A stretch of DNA of 64,000 nucleotides from Candidatus Bathyarchaeota archaeon (lineage in GTDB: Archaea; Thermoproteota; Bathyarchaeia; Bathyarchaeales; Bathycorpusculaceae), in the NCBI GenBank assembly GCA_963828195.1, contig CAWHDT010000008.1, forward strand, positions 96,001-160,000, written 5' to 3'. Shown piece by piece: positions 60,015 to 64,000 of the stretch. Made by a program: the position numbers and the translations under genes. Within the stretch, counting starts at the first letter, position 1. Each line of letters begins with the position of its first letter. The notes under the pieces were generated by a model. It did not search any database. It saw only the letters and a program-made list of their open reading frames with translations, and was not told where the DNA came from.

Positions 60015-60944
60015 TTAAAATTGATGGATCCGTTGAGTCAGCTGATTTGCATTTTCTATTTTTTCTGGAAGCTGCAACTCCAAGTAGGCACCGTGCCTGT
60101 TAAAATAGGGTGAGCCTTTTCTTGAAAACAAAGTCAAAACTCCGCCGTCATGGTTAATTTTGTAGCCTAAGTCGCTTGATTCGTGACCTCGTATCAAAAT
60201 CTTGGCGTTTATGTTTGCAAGAACCTGTTTTGTCACTTTTTCACCAAAGAGGTGTCCGGCGCCCCTTGGCGAAGAAGCAATGTCTTCTACGTTTTCGTCG
60301 GGGTCGCTCCAAAGCAAATCTTCCAGCACATCCCTGCTGTGGTTTTCTTTTGCTTGCGCGATGTCTTGGAGGCTTCTTATTTGTGGAGACAAGCCGCCGT
60401 GAACCATCAAATATCTGCCCTCAACCCACACCGCGTTATAGAGATCAGCAAATAGAGCCCTAGTTTTTATGTAAGCCATCTTCCATTTTTCCCCGAACCG
60501 CTCTTGGAATTGGATGGGCAAGTCATGCGGTTCACCTAGCAAATCTATTGGCGCCTCATGGTTTCCACGTAACAGAACAACTTGCATGGGGAAAGCCAGC
60601 TTAAGCTTCAGAACTGCGTAGTAGATTTCCGCTGAGTTAGGTCCTCTGTCGCCGTAGTCGCCTAAAAAAATCAACGTTGCCTCTTGGTTTTTCTCCATTT
60701 TCTCGACGAATTGGCTTTCCCGAAGGATAATGAGGAGGCTCTCAAAATCTCCGTGCAAATCGCCAATTACAAGTGCTTCGCCTAACGGTTCAAGTTTAAC
60801 TAAACGGTTTATTATTGTTAAATTGCCAATTTGCCCCTTTTCATTTTGCAGCAAAAACATGGCTTTGTCCAATATCTCGATAAAGGTGCCGCTTTTAACG
60901 CTGAAGGCTTCATCGACAAGTGAAGATAAATTCAAAGCCGACAC
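60015..60944 (-). CDS. PPP-family Ser/Thr protein phosphatase
   Basis: GDLHG, GDYGDRG, RGNHE, VHGG, DLLWSDP, SPRGAG..FG, IRGHE, TLFS. Confidence 0.92.
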   Translation of the reverse strand: MSALNLSSLVDEAFSVKSGTFIEILDKAMFLLQNEKGQIGNLTIINRLVKLEPLGEALVIGDLHGDFESLLIILRESQFVEKMEKNQEATLIFLGDYGDRGPNSAEIYYAVLKLKLAFPMQVVLLRGNHEAPIDLLGEPHDLPIQFQERFGEKWKMAYIKTRALFADLYNAVWVEGRYLMVHGGLSPQIRSLQDIAQAKENHSRDVLEDLLWSDPDENVEDIASSPRGAGHLFGEKVTKQVLANINAKILIRGHESSDLGYKINHDGGVLTLFSRKGSPYFNRHGAYLELQLPEKIENANQLTQRIHQF

Positions 60945-60949
60945 GGCGA

Positions 60950-62200
60950 CTAGGAAAATTGAACTTTTATTTCAATTGAGCTGTAGATGTCTTTTTCAAT
61001 TGACCGCTTGAGATTGCTGATTTTGTCAACAGACTCTTTATACGCGTTTTCTTTGACTGCTTCATGCGTTTCTAAGCTTGTTTTTTTGGCTTTCAGCTGG
61101 TCAACCTGCGCCTGAAATACGTCTAGATTGCGTTTTACCTCATCCATCATTGGTGAACTTGACAGCTGCACTCTTTCAGCCGCTAATTCTAAGCATCTGA
61201 TTTGAAGCTTGACAAGCGAATCTGACTTAAGTACTTCATTTATGGCTTGTTCCGCTTTTCTTGCTTTTTCAGGTTTTAATTTAAGTTTGTCCTCTGCTAT
61301 TAAGGTCTCAAGCTTCTGCAAAATCTCCTTTAGCAACGGGTAACCTTTTTCCTCTGCGGTCAGGGCATCGAAAGGATTCTCCAAGTATCCGTTGACTTTC
61401 TTAAGCTCATCTGGAGTTATTCCTCCTCCGCCCCCTGAGGTGGCTAACGCCTGCATTTTTATGAAGGGTTTTTGCAGGTGCCTGATTGAATTTTTTAATT
61501 CACAGCTCAGCACGTCTATCTCTGCATTTACCGAATTCAGTTTATCGATGGGTCCGCTGTTCTTCAGTTCAGCTATTTTTTGTTCCAGTTCAGCGATTTC
61601 TTTTTCAATCGGGGTGCGCTCATCCTTTATTTTCTCTTTTTCTTCCCCGGTTACAGTTAATTGCTGCTGGACTGTTTGAAGTTCATTTAAAAGGTGAAAG
61701 GCTTCTTCCAAAGTTTTTGTTTTAACGTACTCTTTTGTGATGAAGTCGTTCAGGGTGTTGTAAGCCTGTTTTGATCTTTCGTATATGGCTAAAAATTTTC
61801 GTCTATCCATAATGAAGAAGGGCGAAATTCTTGGAAACCAATTCTTAATGTCGATGTCAATTACGATAAAGACCTTTTGAATTTCCTGCGCGTACTTGTT
61901 TAAAGTGTCATAAGAAATTTCTTCTGGGGCATCAACTTTTTTTAGGCGATCAAGAAATAAATGGGCAAGCTTGTTTAGGGCTCTGGCTCGATTGTAAACC
62001 TTCATGTTTCTTCTTTCGATTTCTCTGGTGCTGTTATCGAGGAGCATCTGGTTTACGTCCCTGACACTCTCGATTGCCATGTTCACGTCATCTCTTAACC
62101 TTTTGGCTTGAGCATGAACGGGCGAGAGGATCGAGTTTGTCTTGTCTTCAAGCCACCGGTTTACTTCGCTGGATGTTGTGAACTGGACTGTTTCCGTCAA
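60950..62200 (-). CDS. Long coiled-coil protein
   Basis: Extended heptad repeats, no Walker motifs; 5 nt upstream of the phosphatase gene. Confidence 0.8.
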   Translation of the reverse strand: MTETVQFTTSSEVNRWLEDKTNSILSPVHAQAKRLRDDVNMAIESVRDVNQMLLDNSTREIERRNMKVYNRARALNKLAHLFLDRLKKVDAPEEISYDTLNKYAQEIQKVFIVIDIDIKNWFPRISPFFIMDRRKFLAIYERSKQAYNTLNDFITKEYVKTKTLEEAFHLLNELQTVQQQLTVTGEEKEKIKDERTPIEKEIAELEQKIAELKNSGPIDKLNSVNAEIDVLSCELKNSIRHLQKPFIKMQALATSGGGGGITPDELKKVNGYLENPFDALTAEEKGYPLLKEILQKLETLIAEDKLKLKPEKARKAEQAINEVLKSDSLVKLQIRCLELAAERVQLSSSPMMDEVKRNLDVFQAQVDQLKAKKTSLETHEAVKENAYKESVDKISNLKRSIEKDIYSSIEIKVQFS

Positions 62201-62540
62201 ATTGTGTTTCCCTGTATCTTACTTTATGCGGGCTTATTTATCACTATTTCCAAATTTCAGGTTCAATCTAATGGTTACCCATTATTTTTTGAGTAGCTAC
62301 TCTTAAAAAGGTTAAAACGCCCCTGCCTTTTGTCATATAGGCGCCTTTGAGCTTGCCTACAACAAGCAACAGTAAGACATAAACATGCCGAAAAGAACCA
62401 ATGCTGCCCAACTGTAAATGTCAATTATTGTATAAGAGGACTTGCGCTTTTTTTTTAAAAAAAATTTCCTATCGTCCTCCTGAAAAACAGATGAAAATCC
62501 GATAAGTCAATTCACCGATTTTCAAGCGTGAGTGCTAAAA

Positions 62541-64000
62541 TTAGATAGTTTGGTTCCAACAGTAAACGTGCTGATATTGTCCTGCCGTTGGGTAGGCTGG
62601 GTCATCGTAGACTATATCAAGCTTTGAGCCGTATTTAGCAAGGGGCTGCTTGTAGAGAAGTCCAGACTTGCGCTGAATTATTATCGGCTGGCCATATCCC
62701 CCAGATGTTGTCTCCTAGGTTTCTCATTCCCCAGCCATAGTCATTAGGTAAAACTAATGCATCTTGCGCTTTCACATTATTAGTTTCTTTAGGATTTTCA
62801 ACTACATCTGACCAGAACTTTTGGATTGCTGCGAATTGTTGGTCCTGCAAAAGGCCGCTCGCACTGCTGGCAACAGTACCATTCAGAGAAGTGCCAGACG
62901 TTTGCCCTGCGTAGTTAAAGACAACTACGTATTCTGCCCCACTTTCATACGATTGGCGCATTGCATCATACATTTGGTCGCCGCTCTGCAAGTAAGGCGT
63001 TGTCTCACTTGCCCAGGTTATCATTGTCCCCCAGCTTTTGCCTTGCATATCTGCAGCGCCCCTGACCAATGCGATATCCTGCGTGACTGATTGGTTCCAG
63101 CCAAGCTGCCCTAACACAACGTCATAGCCACCCAGATAATCATACCAGTCGAGAGCGTAGTCTGATGTAAAAAGCCTTACGTTTGTTTGATTGCCGATTG
63201 AGCTTAAGATATTCTGCTGCGTGCTAACGTAGTCGTTTGCGGCCTCGGTGTACGCTTGAAGCGGACGTGAATCCCAAAGTTGCTGGTAGGGTTCGAACTG
63301 GGAAATGTTGCCTTCGTCAGTCACTGCTGTGCCGTTTTCGTTTTGAACCATGCCGTTTGGCTGATACCACAGCGTTTCCATGTTTTCTCCAGTGCTTAAC
63401 CCCCAGTCCATGGTTGACAGCAAAATCGTGCCGTTCGTTAAGTAAGTGGTAGTATTGGATTCTGATGAGGAATCTGGGAAAGACTGGCTATTGGAAACAA
63501 TGATTTCTCCTGAAGTGAAAAATTCGATTTCTGTATTTTCAACGTTGTTTAGTGATTCGTATATTGTTCCATCTTCACTCCTGTCGATTGATGCGCCTGT
63601 CGTGTTATCGTAAAGGTTTACGCTGGTGTCTATCATTTTTCCGCCCGGTTCATCGTTGTAGTATAATCCTAGGAAATGGTTGCCCCAGCGAGCTTGAGCA
63701 ATACTCAAGAAAGAGTCACAGGTGTTTGCCGCATCGCCATTGTGGGCGTAATAAACTATGATGTTTAACCCTGAGTTGACGGTATAATCGCATATTTGCT
63801 CCATAGCCGTGAGGTTGCTCATGAGCGGTCCAGATTGCACAACAAACAAGTTAGTGTAACTCTTTACTTTGTCGATAAGTTGCTCTGCCTCGGTGACTGA
63901 GCTGCCGCAGTATGTGACGCCGATGTAAAAGGGCTTCTTAGCTGCAACTTGAACAGAGTTCTCTAATGCCACAAAAGCCGATAAAAGAATAACTACGGCG
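62541..64000 (-). CDS. Membrane-anchored extracellular protein (GH-like TIM barrel); start outside the window, frameshift at ~62642-62645
   Basis: FYIGVTYCG, LGLYYNDEPGG, LFTSDYAL, RGAA...WGTMITW, YGWGMR. Removing one C gives ...QAALAKYGSKLDIVYDDPAY...WNQTI*. Confidence 0.78.

Noticed and set aside
60015-62200. Mre11/Rad50 (SbcCD) pair
   Set aside because: The phosphoesterase has PPP-specific motifs, and the coiled-coil protein lacks Walker A/B and a zinc hook.

Overview
Archaeal chromosomal window, most consistent with Bathyarchaeia. This is an inference from the large PQQ-type beta-propeller surface protein, PEF-CTERM-tailed secreted proteins, multiple 'RRSKLE'-type wHTH paralogs, archaeal-type long PheS and an archaeal tRNA-Gly. 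Main content, in order: an AT-rich defence edge (AIPR-like fragment, OLD-family nuclease, AAA_14/DUF4143 ATPase); an HTH + ParA/MinD pair; a flippase; tRNA-Gly(GCC); two ABC-2 exporters and toxin-antitoxin pairs; a ~15 kb divergent tetrapyrrole/anaerobic corrin cluster (hemA-cbiX/C-D-E-T-L-F-G-H and cobB-like-sirC-hemB-L-C-cobA-hemD); a CxxC-x17-CxxC / OB-fold / RNase-H-like trio; surface proteins; amt; an iron-sulfur flavoprotein; pheST; a type IIG R-M gene; and a PPP phosphatase with a coiled-coil partner. The most striking unexplained signal is a dispersed non-coding repeat family with at least 5 copies in both orientations. It is built from a duplicated ~45-bp palindromic unit with trinucleotide (GAA/CTT and AAC/GTT) arms, conserved stems and variable loops, and the fullest copy lies right downstream of the HTH-ParA operon. 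Several single-base indels, mostly in short homopolymers, break otherwise intact genes and may be assembly errors. All calls are from motif reading only; no searches were run.
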